In this document: positions 1 to 12,322 of the stretch, piece by piece
Position numbering within the stretch: position 1 is the stretch's first letter
Layout: each line of letters opens with the position of its first letter
Assembly: GCA_051313645.2 (NCBI GenBank)
Contig: JBNRSN020000001.1
Span: forward strand, 174,158,001 to 174,222,000
Origin: Centroscyllium fabricii
Lineage: Eukaryota
Direction of reading: 5' to 3'
Length of the DNA stretch: 64,000 nt
The notes under the pieces: generated by a model
Seen by the model: the letters and a program-made list of their open reading frames with translations, nothing else
Databases searched by the model: none
Told to the model about the DNA's origin: nothing
Program-made: the position numbers and the translations under genes

Positions 1-2289
1 GCAGAGTGGAGGGAACAGGGAATAGGCAGCAATCCGTAATGAGAGGAGCCAAGGTTATGGACATGGAGAAAGAACCTGGTTTTGGGATTCTGAAATCAAG
101 ACTCGACTCCACGGTCTCCTAATCTAACTAATTGTTTCCCAGGACCGTAACTGAAATTCCTTGTATCTTTCCGACATTCTTTGCTCCCTTTTTATATTAT
201 TCAGGTTTTTCAAATCCAAGCCACCTAATTACTGATTCCCGACTTATCTTATTTTGAAATCATCTTTGCTGTTCAACTTCGGCGTCCTATTTTATGGACC
301 TTGGTCTGTCACCTTGGTTTCTTAATTTAAAAAATAGTTTCATTTAGAAGCTTGCAAGGAACTGTCTGAATTCACTCATTGAAGGCAAGAAAAGCTCCTT
401 TAGAACAAAGTAAACACCCATATGTGATACTGTATTATTAAAATTATATGAAGTCATTTGCATATTTGAGGTGGATTATTCAATTCAAAGCATGTCATCA
501 AAAACAGTATTTTGTTTAAATTGTTGAATTCTTGATCATTAAATGGATTGGGGGATACACATCAGCTGGTCTAAACGCTTTAATTTAAATGACTGAAAAT
601 CTGGGGTTTTATCTACCGTAGACACGACTGAAGCTTTTAATCTTGCATGTGGAATTTTATGCTTTCGTGGTTTTTTCTCATTTCTCTTTGCTCCCCTCCC
701 CTGATTTAATAGGAACTTTACTATGAACAATGACACATACAGTGTTACAATTGGAATGGTTAGTAACACAGTGCTCCCTTTCTTGGTGCAAGAGGCTGGC
801 TTCTCTTTCAGTTTTAAGTCTACTGCTTTCTTCATTGAAGTGATCATGCATGACTCTATCCCTGCGGCATTTCCTCAGGAAAGCCTGTTGCACTGTGCTC
901 CCTGATATTAACCAGCATATCCTGCTGACATATGTGAAAATGGATGCCAAGACAACATCAAAACAATGTTTATTGTCTCTCTCTTAATGTATTCTTCTTC
1001 TCTTACAAATTGGCAATTGTTTTTAAGAGTGGAGTGCAGGTTTAAATATATTTTGCGTGGAGTGGGAAGAAAGGTTTTAATGGACCTGACTGATGGTGTA
1101 TACTTGTGCATAGTGTAGCCTTTTCCCTTTGGAAATGGTTTCTTCCCTTTTTTCAAAATGATCTTGGGTGTCTGATGTACAGTCAAAACATAGAGGAGAT
1201 GACGGGCGCCTGCCAATGCCAAGTGGATGCTAAAAGGTATGTGACAGCAGTCTGCAGTGACTCGGCCGCATACCTTCAGTCCTTCATGTGCTGTTGCCTT
1301 CCGACGTTCTAACCAAGATTAAGAACTCTTCTGGGAAGAATTGTATCTGCAAATCTTCATCTTCCTGGTTCATTTTCAATTAATTTTTTAATTTTCTATA
1401 ATTGAAAATGAGTTTTTCCATTCCCTTATTATTTTTAATCATTTTCCTTTCTCTTGTTTACTTAAATAATTTTCCCACTACAGGATGTAACTTGATTTCA
1501 TGATTTTTTTTCACGGGTCTGTTTCAGTGATATAGCCCTGCTAGCACACCCTGAATATAATAACACAAAGCTGACTGATGGCATACCTCATTAAGCTTCA
1601 TATTTGTCGGTTTCCTTTATTGCTGCAGCTGGTTAATTGGCCATAGTGAAGCCCAGCCGAAGATGTTTTGTGGCAATGTACTGGTCACTGTGTGGTCAAT
1701 GCAAAAACAAAACTCATGAAGGGTCTTGAAGTACAGAAAGTGCTGTCGGTTGATAAATGTTGGTCGGGCTACTGGGAGAACTCCCTTGCTCTTGTTGAAT
1801 ATTTGCATTCTCTCCAACTAAATATTTACATTCTCTCCAATTTAAATGACAATTGACTAGTCTGTAAATGTCATCTAAACTTTGAACTACAAGCTTTAAT
1901 TCACTCTTGGGTATTTAAAGGGTATATTTAAGGTATACATTTTCTCCAACATTGTCTACCTTTTACCAAGTTGGTCATGCAAGCTCTGCTTGTGATTGGC
2001 TTAAAGATAACTTAATGGTGACGTGCACTTTGGTGTAAGTGGTTTTCTCTAAGCAGGAGTTTATTGGCTTATGTATTAAATTTTACATTACCCACATTTC
2101 CATTAGGCATTAACTTAGCTCTCAAAAGGAAATATAACATTGGCTGTATATTATATCAGGCATTAATTTGATTGAAAGTTTATGGCGTTGACTTATAACA
2201 TTGGAGTCCACTTAAGACTTTTCTGTTGGTGATCCTGAAATTAAATCTGTTCAATAAATGTTTGTTTATTTTTGGCCTCGTTAAAAACT

Positions 2290-2640
2290 TATTTTTTCAA
2301 AAATTAAAATTTTTGTTTAAAAAATGTAATTTTACAAATTAAAAAAAAAAAAGTTTTACTATGTTTTTGGGGGTGATCTCAATTCATATATTTGACAGGC
2401 CTTCCTGTCAAATGTATGAAGGGAGATTCCCTTCTGTGATTGGCTCCCCTTGGCCCACATGATCCCAGGGACACTGGGAATTACCCGCGCCTCTGGGATA
2501 CCTGGGCCCTGCGCACCGGCAGTCTGGAGAGGCCCAGCAGAGGAACTCTGTGCCTCCCAGGAGCCCTCGGGTAAGGGCGCAGATTTTTCCAGATCGCAGC
2601 CCTCCGCCCGCGGGATGCCTGCAATCGGAAAATCTGGGCC
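2290..2640. mobile_element. Partial PIF/Harbinger-like MITE
   Basis: Ends GGAAAATCTGGGCC|aat; GC-rich arm abutting an AT-rich core; internal hairpin atttgacagg-cctt-cctgtcaaat; same end style as the other GGG..CCC elements here. Confidence 0.45.
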
Positions 2641-5600
2641 AATGTTCATGGTGCCATCCTGGTTGAAATCACTCTAAACTCAGCTCAGGCTAGCAGTTGA
2701 ACTGAGGACCTGCTGGTCTGTATGGCGCAGTAACATACTGACTTTACCAACTGTGCAGTTGAGGGGACATCTTGCTGACTTGGCTTTGGAACCAGCTTTT
2801 CAAAAGATTGTGCAACTTTTTTCCTGTTAACTATAATACAGTGGAACTCCCAATACCCACTACAATTGAGGGAATCTCCACCTGGCCGACAATGGAGAGT
2901 CCTAAATTTTGATTCTGCATCTGTTGCACCAGTACTCTAGGTACAGATTAAAGAACAATACAGATACAAAGAAAAAAATTATGTATTTTATTCACTAACT
3001 AACAAAGAGAGGTGCAATATAAATAAAGATGCTCTGCAATTAGGCAATGCATTGTGCAAGGCTTTACTCTGCAAAATTTCTGGTGGATGATCAGGTTCGC
3101 AGACTTGGCAATTCCACTATTGGGTAAAATTGATTTAAACAATGTTGGTTTTCTTCCCTAATTGAAAGGATATTCAGGTGCTCCTAGGTCACTGACAATA
3201 CTGCTTTACAGCCAACTGCAAGAAGATGATGCATATATATGTCCAGTCAACTCGGCCACGTATGCATTATCTACTGTTACAAGATGGCGGCGACAGCAGT
3301 GGTCCGAGAGTAGTGCACCTGCCCATTTGGGTGGGGAAGGTGTTTGTGTGGAGTGAACAAGAGTGAAATTAGAAGGCATACAGTTGTGTTTCTGGAGGCT
3401 GTAAAGAGATCACAGTTTGTAAAGTATTAAATACAGTGTTGGATGTGAGTCAATTTCATGTTTGTAATATTTGTAACCAATCTATCAGCAACACCTATAC
3501 TGATAACTAATGCTATTTAGAAAATCTGAGCTCTGCCTACCAGATGAATGACTTCACAAACTGGGACATTTATGCAGTTTAATTGGTGTGTATTGGGAAT
3601 TCTTGCACTTTGGTTACATCTGAGAAGCTGAAGCTGTTTTTTATAAGTAGTACAGGAATTTGCTGTGCAATAAAATTTTGCTGAGAACAGTAGGGATCTT
3701 CATAAAACTAGCTGAAAGAATAAAACATATTGCCACCACAGCTTCAGTTTAAACATATCCATTATGATGGAAAGTATATGTGAATCTACTTTTAAATGTT
3801 TCTACCTATTGAAAGGTCCAAATATTAGTGTATCTCGGTTGAAATGCTGATGACATTCAAATTATCTTGGCACAACTCAGTAAGATAGGTCCAACACTGC
3901 AGTTTTCCATGTAAGTAACAAACATTTACAGTGGGTAAATCAATTCAAAAATTTAAGTGGTGGAACTTGTAAAAAAGCCATCTATGATGTGGAATGTTGT
4001 GACTTGTATTTTATTCCTGCGCCACAATCTTTTTCCTCATCAATGAAGTGATTATCCACTCAATTGCTGTCTTTTCCTTAAAATCCAAGAATAATAATAG
4101 CAGATGGCGCTTTATATACCTGAATTAGATTTCTAATGGTACAGATCTTAAAGAGTAATTAAGAAAATAAACTGAAGTTTGCCAAGTAGTGATGTTGTGA
4201 TCCAGATGGTGGCAAGACCTTTCACTAGGTTATCTTCAGTCTTGTTTTTAGATCTTGTCAATAGTGTCTCTGTGGTTTGGGATACTGCTGGATTTGCAAA
4301 GGTTGAGAGAAACACTGGGTCACAGATGGTGAGGAAAGTGCCGCATGTAATCTCTGTGTTATAAAAGGAACACAGTTGCAAGGTCATCATGATTCAAGTC
4401 AATCTTCAAAAAAGTTTAGAATTCTTACAAATTTAGAGTTAAGTATGGAAACAAATTTCACCAACCTCCTCCTTCCTGGTTGATACTTAGACTTTCTGAA
4501 GTAGCCATTTGAGTGCAATGGAAAGAGAAGTTAAGAAGAAGAAACCAATACAGTTGCATGGAATGCACTGTTTTAAGGATTACTTGTCCAGCATGTATCT
4601 TGAACTAATGTCTGCAATAGATATAGCCTGCTGATCATAAAAAAAAACTGGAAGTATAGAAGAGATCTCTGCGCATCTGAAAAGATAAGTCAGGTTAAAA
4701 TTTCAGGTGTAAATTCTTTCTTGATGCACACCTTGCAGTTTAAGGATTTAATTTATGTAAAATGTATTTCACATTAAAGTAAAGGCCAAGAGGCATAAAA
4801 ATATTTAGCATTGTGCTGGAACAACACAGAAGATTCTACAGGGCTAATTATAGTTTAATGAACAAGGAGCAAGTGCCTAGTTTTTAGTAGTGGCACATTG
4901 GGACCATGTGTCTCAATTATTTCAATTAATGTTAATGATTATTTAGAAGATCACAAAACCACTTTTGTGGTAAAATCTGCACTTGGTGTCTTACAGTAAT
5001 GTATTGTGCAGTAAGTGGAAGATTAATAAAAATTATTCTGTGTTGTGTTTGTATCTTTCTACACAAGTACATAAAATAATAAATCCGCAGAGACTGAGAG
5101 TAACTTCGAGGACTTTACTGGTTAACTGGAACTATGGCACTGCACGATACAAATCGATACGCGTCTGTTATATACACTCACAACTAAGGATGTACATCCG
5201 CAAAACAAAGTAGTCCCTTAAATATGGTATACATTACATTCTGCAATATGCTAAGGTTCTTGCTGCTCTGGATTCCACCTCATTTATACTGCAGGGCAGC
5301 AGTTGAGAAATAATTGCACATGCAAGCTTGTGCATATGCAGTTACTTAATAGCAACAAGCATGACTCATTTTTGGCTGTGGACCTTCCCTGAAGTCTTGG
5401 GAACATCTGTTTGGGCCAGCACTTGCAAAATGATATTGCTAGACCGTGTGGGCAGCCTGCACTTACAAAAAATGGCATCCAGTGCAATTGAAGATGACGC
5501 TGGTAGGACTGCTTCTTCAAGATGAATCTGAGAATCACTTTGTGAAGAGATTCTGTGCTCCTGTGGGCCAGTAGCGTAGCTTTACTTGTATTGCAATGCA

Positions 5601-6589
5601 GTTATAATTGGCAGCGATGCAATAAATAGAGGGGAAAAGTGAGCTTATGAGGAGGCAAACGTTTTTGCTAGTTACTCTAGATGGAATCTGATTGGCAGCA
5701 AGCCATGGTACCCCACAAAATTATGCCCATCTCATTCACATTAGTTTTCAATCAGTATGCTGTTTGCCTAGTTTATAAAGGGAGTAATCAATGCAAGACT
5801 AAACCTTGCAATATAATGTTTACATTTTAAATGGTTATGCTCCACTCCTATTTTGCATGTGTATACTATTTCAATGGTACCTGAATCCAATTTGAAAATT
5901 GTTATTACAGTACCATGTGTACTTAATTTTGGGAGTTGCAGTGTAGAATTTACAGAAAATAGAATAAATATTGACACTTGTTTATTATGGAGCTCATCAT
6001 GGCAAGGTCTATTAATGCTAGGAATGGAACACTTCAGATCTGGAACCTTTATCAGCACCAGATCTAGGATAGAGAAGGAAGATGTCTGCAGAATTTGGAC
6101 AGCTGGCAGATAATTAGGATATGAAATTCAGTCCTGAGACGATCCACTTAACAACTCGGTCAATAAAATTGAGGCTGTGACCATACATAAAGAGTTGCAA
6201 CAGTTAGGGGTGAAAATAAATGGCGATGTCAGAAGTGTTGAAGATGATTCTTTCCTCTGGAGATAGGTTTGCTCCTGATAGACCTTACATGGTCTGTGCA
6301 AGGAAAAAGCTGTATTATGAGCTGAGCATTCTTTTCCAGCTTATTTGCTGCCTTGCATTCTTAAATGCTCTAATTTGAAACATCCAATCCCTGAGTTCAG
6401 TAATTATGTTTGTACACTAGGACAAAGATGGATGAAAAAGTTGAGAGTAATAGGGGCGAATCATTCATTTTATAAAAAAAAAAGCTTGTCCCAATCTGTC
6501 ACCAGGGCGCGACAAAACCGCTTGCCCGGGGCAAGCAAAATGCGCCAAAGGGCAAGCAAATGAAAGGATGTATTTCACATCGATGATGG

Positions 6590-7001
6590 AGGCCACGGGA
6601 GTGGGGTGGGGCGGGTGCGCTTTGGCCGATGGGTTTTGAACTCTGCCACAACTGCCCGAGCTTGGCCAATCACAGCCCCGCAGTTTTCTCGCGTTCCCTC
6701 TCGCACTCCGGTGTTTGGTGGGTTTGAAGCGCTGTGCCCCGCCCCCCTGCCCGTGCTCGGCCAACAATAGCTCGGCGCCACAACACACCAGCGTCTCGCA
6801 GCAGCTCGAACCGAGCAGGAAAGCGAGGGCGACGAACTGGAAAAGCAGAAGCTATTCTACGGGGACAAGTCTCGCTTCATTCCCGTCGCCCCCCCCCCCG
6901 CCGCCCCAAACACCACACCCTACCGTCCCTCCTCATGAAAAGGAGAAAATCAAAGGCTGCAAAAAAGAAAGAACTGAGAAAAAGATGAACCGATGGTGAG
7001 T
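6590..7001 (+). promoter_or_regulatory. Captured CpG-rich promoter plus candidate first exon ending in ATG|GTGAGT
   Basis: GC boxes (GGGGCGGG ~6608, CCCCGCCC ~6737), CCAAT box GGCCAATCAC ~6664, high CpG density, near-consensus donor CGATG|GTGAGT at 6995/6996. Confidence 0.55.
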
Positions 7002-7067
7002 GAAGGGACTGGGATAAGGTGACAGCGAGCTTCCTCTCAGGGACACCGACACCCAGAGGCTGAATCC

Positions 7068-7128
7068 AGGGACACTGACTCCAAGAGACCAAATCCTGGG
7101 ACACTGACTCCAAGAGACCAAATCTTGG
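7068..7128. repeat. 29-bp tandem duplication inside the captured segment
   Basis: GGGACACTGACTCCAAGAGACCAAATCCT x2, with a degenerate third copy upstream. Confidence 0.8.
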
Positions 7129-7553
7129 TGGGGATTGGTGGGGATTGGAGGAGGCGGCGTGTTAATCAGGGGACGGGGCAACAACCGGGTTAGGTGGAGC
7201 GGGCTGGTGGCACGTGGCAAGAGTGGGTCGGTGCTGTTGACATGCTGAGGGGAGAGAAAAAACCAGAGCGGCTTCTGAGAAGAAAAATACCCAACAATCT
7301 AAAGCAAGGGAGTTGACTTTAGGGCAGCCGGCAAGTTTGGGCTGGATAGCTGGCCCGCGTCCAGATGTGCTGCACGGTGTGCACAGCTGGTGAGAAGCTG
7401 CCTGGAAGAGCTTTGCATTTTAGCTTGTGGTTTCCCGCCCATTAATCTGTGATCAGTGCCATCCATCCTTCCTGCGGACCTGCCTTAGACAGCATTGTTC
7501 AATCAATTATAAAATCTTTATAATTACTCGGGGGGGAAAATATATATAAAAGA

Positions 7554-7694
7554 ATGGTGGGGGAATGGAAGTGAAGGAGAAGCCGAGACCCAGTCCCGAC
7601 TATTTGATGCAGCTGATGAAGGACAAGAAGCTGATGTCGAGCCTGCCCAACTTTTGCAGCATCTTCACGGACCTGGAGCGGCTGCTGGACGAAG
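7554..7694 (+). pseudogene. QKI: Captured QKI (quaking, STAR family) coding exon 1, QUA1 region; 1-nt deletion after MVG
   Basis: ATGGTGGGGGA-ATGGAAGTG... gives MVG(E)/[43 protein letters not shown], versus [50 protein letters not shown]. It ends GAAG|gtaggc at the native exon-1 donor (141 nt = 142-1). No KH-domain exons were found in the window. Confidence 0.9.
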
Positions 7695-8632
7695 GTAGGC
7701 GAGGAGAGAGCGAGAGTGAGGGTGCCCGCGGCCTGCAGAGGCTTCACAGGAAGTTTGGTAAATGAGGGAAGAATGTTCAGAGTAGAGAGAGAGGGAGAGA
7801 CCCTGGCAGAGAGGGGCAGAAACCGGGCCAATGCAACTAAAGGCACAATCACAATCTATGGCTTTATATTGAAGCACTTTAATAAAAATGTAAAATCTTT
7901 ATTTATTTCTTTAAAAATTTCGGGCAAGTGAAATTTGTGTCCGGGCAAGTGTTTTAGAAATCCACTTGCCCGACTGGACAAGTGAAACATTTTTTTTTGA
8001 ATCACCCTGTGTCATTGTTGCCAACTCCAATTGTCTGCAACATCTATTTCTGTATAGTGATTGTAGTTTTATTGGCAAGCCATGGGGAAAACTGATCCCT
8101 TGTACCTGGTCTCCATGCAGTGGACTTTTGAACTGAATGGAAATGGTCTAGTCCAACCTTTCCAGTGTTTGAGACATGGCTGGGCTATCAGTTAACAACT
8201 ATAACTGGAAGGATATCGAGGTGTGTGAAACTATCAGTAGAACCTTTTCTCCGGACAGGGCTGTCAGAACGCTCTCTTGTGCAGAAATTTAAATTTAGAG
8301 TTAATGATCACTATCTCGCTGAAGCAGGCGGTCAGCTATGGAATATCTGTTGAGGACTTTTAAAGTTGGTTTTTATTGCCAATTTAAAAACTAGTGTTTT
8401 TCAGTTTTTATTTTTAACATCAAAATGGGGAGAAAATTGGGGGAAAATAAGAGCCCAACAAATGGTAAATTTGCAGACAATCAGTAAAAATAGATTTTTA
8501 TTGTGAACATTGCTAAAATATAGTATACATTGCTAAAATATAGTATAAAAGGTACAAGTGTGTTTCAATGCAATAGGTTTCCATGATCACAAAATACTGT
8601 AACTATTTTAGCAGTGAAATACATTCATTGTA

Positions 8633-9093
8633 CAGGTTGAGCACCGTTACCCGAAAATCGGCAACTTCGAATGTCCAGCAATAATTTCCCCGACTGCCCT
8701 GCGCATGCGCAAAATGGCCACCACGATCGATGCTTTGGCAAATGATCTGCGCATGTGCCGCCGAACGGCGAGCGCATGCGCAGATCATTCACAATGGCCA
8801 AGCCGATCCTGAGCCGAGTCTCCCCGAGCCTGGCCGCTGCGAGCCACCCCGAGCCGCTTCGAGCCTCCCGAGCCTGGCCGCTGCGAGTCTCCGAGCCGCT
8901 GCGAGTCTCCCCGATCTGGGTCTCCCCAAACGATAAGCGCATGCGCAGACCACTCAAAATGGTCACCGGCCTTTCGCGGTGGCCATTTTGAATGGTCTGC
9001 GCCTGCGCTCGCCGAAGCTTCAATCGTTCGAGATTTTCACTTTCCTGGCATGGGCCTGGTCCCGCCCGTGCCGGATTAATGGTGCTTAACCAG
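8633..9093. mobile_element. Tigger/pogo-type MITE (family T1)
   Basis: TA|CAGGTTGAGCACCGTTA ... TAATGGTGCTTAACCAG|TA; internal GCGCATGCGC motifs and short tandem repeats (gagcctggccgctgcgag); inverted relative of 41211-41641. Confidence 0.8.
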
Positions 9094-9254
9094 TATTTGT
9101 AAATAGACTCCATTGTAAAATGTTGACTGCTAAAAATGTATGCTTAAAGTAGCACATCACCAGCATAACATTGTAAAGCGCAAATATTTTTTCATATTTC
9201 AATTGATGCTAAAATTAGATTTTTCAGTATGTGCTATGGACCGTATTCTGTACT

Positions 9255-9935
9255 GGTTCTATGCGGAAGGTTGTGGGTTCAAGTCCCACTCCAGAGACTT
9301 GAGCACAAAAATCTAGGCTGATATACCTGGGATGGCAGGAATGACGTATGAGGAGAGATTGGGTCGATTGGGCTTGTACTCGCTGGAGTTTAGAAGAATG
9401 AGAGGAGATCTCATTGAAACTTATAAAATTCTAACCGGACTGGACAGACTAGATGCAGGAAGGATGTTCCCGATGGTCGGGGAGACCAGAACCAGGGGTC
9501 ACAGTCTAAGGATAAGGGGCAAGCCATTTAGGACTGAGATGAGTAGGAATTTCTTCACCCAGCGAGTGGTGAACCTGTGGAATTCTCTACCACAAAAGGC
9601 AGTTGAGGCCAATTCATTAAATATATTCAAGAAGGCGTTGGATATATTTCTTAAGGCTAAAGGGATCAAGGGATATGGGGAGAAGGCAGGGACTGGGTAC
9701 TGAACTTGCATGATCAGCCATGTTCTCATTGAATGGTGGAGCAGGCTCGAGGTGCTGAATGGCCTATTCCTGCTCCTATCTTCTATGTTACTCCAGTGTA
9801 GTGTTGAGGGAGTGCTGCACTGTTGGAAGTGCTGTCTTTTGGATGAGGCATTAAAGCCGAGGCCTTTGCTGCGCGCTCAGGCGGACGTAAACTATCCCAT
9901 GGCACTATTTCGAAGAAGAACAGAGGAGTTATCCC
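9255..9935 (+). mobile_element. SacSINE1-like (DeuSINE) tRNA-derived SINE interrupted by a CR1 insertion
   Basis: B-box GGTTCAAGTCC and head up to ctaggctga (~9321); resumes at ~9790 actccagtgtagtgttgagggagtgctgcac. Confidence 0.65.
9322..9790 (+). mobile_element. 5'-truncated CR1 (HER1-like) LINE 3' end
   Basis: ORF 9332-9703 YEERLGRLGLYSLEFRRMRGDLIETYKI...FFTQRVVNLWNSLP (CR1 ORF2 C-terminus); tail cctattcctgctcctatcttctatgtt. Confidence 0.9.
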
Positions 9936-9959
9936 TCAAACAACTCACCAACAGATTAC

Positions 9960-10066
9960 AATAGCAAAATACTGGAAATCTGGAATAACAGCAGAAAACG
10001 CTGGAAAACCTCGGCAGGCCAGGCAGCATCAGTGGAGAAAGAAACCCCGTTAATGTTTCAGGTCAA
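9960..10066 (-). mobile_element. Penelope-like element 3' terminus (family B), short remnant
   Basis: gcaaaatactggaaatctggaa...gctggaaaacctcggcaggccaggcagcatc...gttaatgtttcaggtc, homologous to the termini at 33848 and 38162. Confidence 0.6.
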
Positions 10067-10129
10067 AGCAGGAAATGGAACAGAACTCATTTATAATTAG
10101 CCCTGTTAAAAAAAAAACTTCAATTATTT

Positions 10130-10617
10130 TGTTCAAAAACTTAGAAAAATTATTTAAATTTAAAAAAAAAATGTATTTAATGTTTTACTGTGTTTTTGGG
10201 GTGATTTCCATTCACATTTTTAAAATGAGTTAAAACTCCAATAAATTTAATATTTTAAACAAAGATTTTTTACGGGGCTAAAAATAAACTTTTTCTTAAA
10301 TGATTGAAAATTAAAAAAATAAACTTTTTTCCAACTCTTATGCTGGTAAAAACGGGCCTTTTGCCTTGCACCTGCTTTTACCAGGCATAAGATTTCTAAG
10401 GATTTTCTCCTGGCGGAGGTTCTCCAGAAAGCGGAACTATCCGCCCGCAGCGGCCCTTCTCTGGGGCAGGCGTCCGACCTGTCAAGAGCATTCTTGACAG
10501 ATCGAAAATGTCGGTTTTCAGTGCATACGCTTCGCATGCCTGAAACCGGCATTTCCGATGTCCCTACGGGTGTGTACACAGCTCGTACACACCCGTTGGG
10601 ATCGGATTATACGGCCC
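10130..10617. mobile_element. PIF/Harbinger-like MITE (partial); inverted relative at 27335-27460
   Basis: Ends GGATTATACGGCCC|att; 10530-10617 is reverse-complement-similar to 27335-27425 (tacacacccgtagggacattggaaatgccggtttcaggcatg). Confidence 0.5.
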
Positions 10618-12322
10618 ATTATTTTACTTTTTGTCAATTTTCTTGCCTGCATCTCATTAATTGTTTTGTTTTATTGCAAAGATTTCACATGCTTTCTGAA
10701 ATCATGCCCAAGTGGCCTTTGTTTGTGAGCCCAGATATTATGAGTCAGGCTGTTTGATCACGAGAGTATCAGTGACATCACTTCATGTTCACAAGCATGC
10801 ACTTTCCAGCCAGGGTCTCTGGATGACTATCGGAAGAGTTATAATTTTCCCTGTACCTAACAAAGAGGCACTGAAGCCAATTTTAACTTTCCTCTGGTAA
10901 TGTGACTGATTGTCACAGACCAAGAATTAATCCCAGGACCTTCTGGTCTCTGCAGTTCAGCTACGTGCTGCCTTTGCCAACTGACCTTTGGGGGAGCTTT
11001 TCATTTCTTGGTTGAACTTTGGTACTTACGACTAAACTGCATACTGTCATTTTGCAAGCCAACTTTTAAGTGTCTGCAGCTTAATTTTCATATGGTGTTG
11101 ATTTCAAGAATGATTAATTTTCTGAGTGCGAGGTAGTCAACTAGATGTATCTTTTTTTGCTATTCGTTCACTTAAAACAGTGTAGTCTCTCACTGAGTCA
11201 ATTAGATTATGTCTTTGTGATCACCCGTGGGGCAATCTAATGGATTTTGCTGTCATTAATACAGATTGTTGAATACAGATGGAGTTTTAGTGTCCAGTGA
11301 GCTCATCTTGCATCATTTTGCAGGGTTTAGATCATTGCTAAAAGCCTTTGAATAGAAATCAGAGTTTAAGCAGCTGTCTGATTCTAGCATTCTAGATTGG
11401 TGTTGCTGCTAGGGTTTTAAGTTTCAAATTCTACTGGTGATTTATCAGAACAAACATACTATAAATAAAATCTCGAATTGAGAGTCCTATTGGGGATGAT
11501 CCTGACTACCAATAATTATGTTCTATGCTGAACTGATTCTGAAATGTAGTTTAATTTTTTGTTTTGTTTGACTGCTACAAGCAGGGTTCCCACCTTATTG
11601 AATTCTCCCCCCCACCCCATAACCTGCCCACGGTATTGCAGTACATCACTTTCTGCTGGTTGTATTTTGTTAAATAAGTACACTGTTTAATATATTGATT
11701 GAAAATATCAACTATTCGAATCAACATGAAGATTTGAATGATAAATCCTGCTCATGTGTGACACTGAATTTTACCAGCTGAAAGAGAAATAGAGGGATAG
11801 ATTTTAAGCTTGGAGATCCTAAAACAGAAAAAAGTGTTGAACATCAATTGATTTCTATACCATGTGCCATTTGTTGATTTATAGCATTGATTCTTGCAGA
11901 AATCTGCAAAAGATGTCCTCTGCAGATATATAGCAATGTTTTCCTTTGGTAACAGACACTGTCTTTCAGAATTTAGGATGGGGATCCCTGGGAGAACATC
12001 TGTATTTGAAGGGATCACTGGGAGTTTATCAATACCTACTGCTTAGACACATGTGCAGAGTATAGATGGCACTTTTTACAACTTAACACGAATTGTTGTC
12101 CCACTTATTTAGCCATCTAGCCATCAATTGATGAATCCAAATGTATTTTACAGTAGGTTTGTGACAGTTTGGTGGTTATTTTGAGCAATCATTTTCGTTA
12201 TCGCCTTAAGAGATGACCACTGTAGTTGAGTTCTCACAACTATCTGATACTTGTGCATTTATTATGAGAAATAATACACTGCAAAACAAACAATCCTTTT
12301 TATTTTAAACAATGTTATAGTA

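Larger units (their letters stand above)
6503..8009. mobile_element. Non-autonomous hAT-like DNA transposon carrying captured host gene 5' ends (Pack-type element)
   Basis: Imperfect TIRs CAGGGCGCGACAAAA / CAGGGTGATTCAAAA (11/15). Subterminal GGGCAAG/CTTGCCC motifs cluster at both ends (6519-6556; 7922-7982). Flanks TGTCAC / TGTCAT (6-bp TSD, 1 mismatch). GC-rich interior in an AT-rich intron. Confidence 0.75.

Noticed and set aside
2839-3119. Possible old Tc1/mariner MITE (CAGTGGAA...TTCCACTA)
   Set aside because: Only ~8 bp of inverted match and no right TA; too weak to call.
4097-4113. CTCF-like motif tagcagatggcgct (similar at ~12060) and YY1-like caagatggcggc at ~3280
   Set aside because: Isolated short motifs are expected by chance in 64 kb; cannot be supported without chromatin or conservation data.
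7554-7694. Functional QKI gene starting here
   Set aside because: Frameshift after codon 3-4, no downstream QKI exons seen, and it is enclosed by transposon ends inside another gene's intron.
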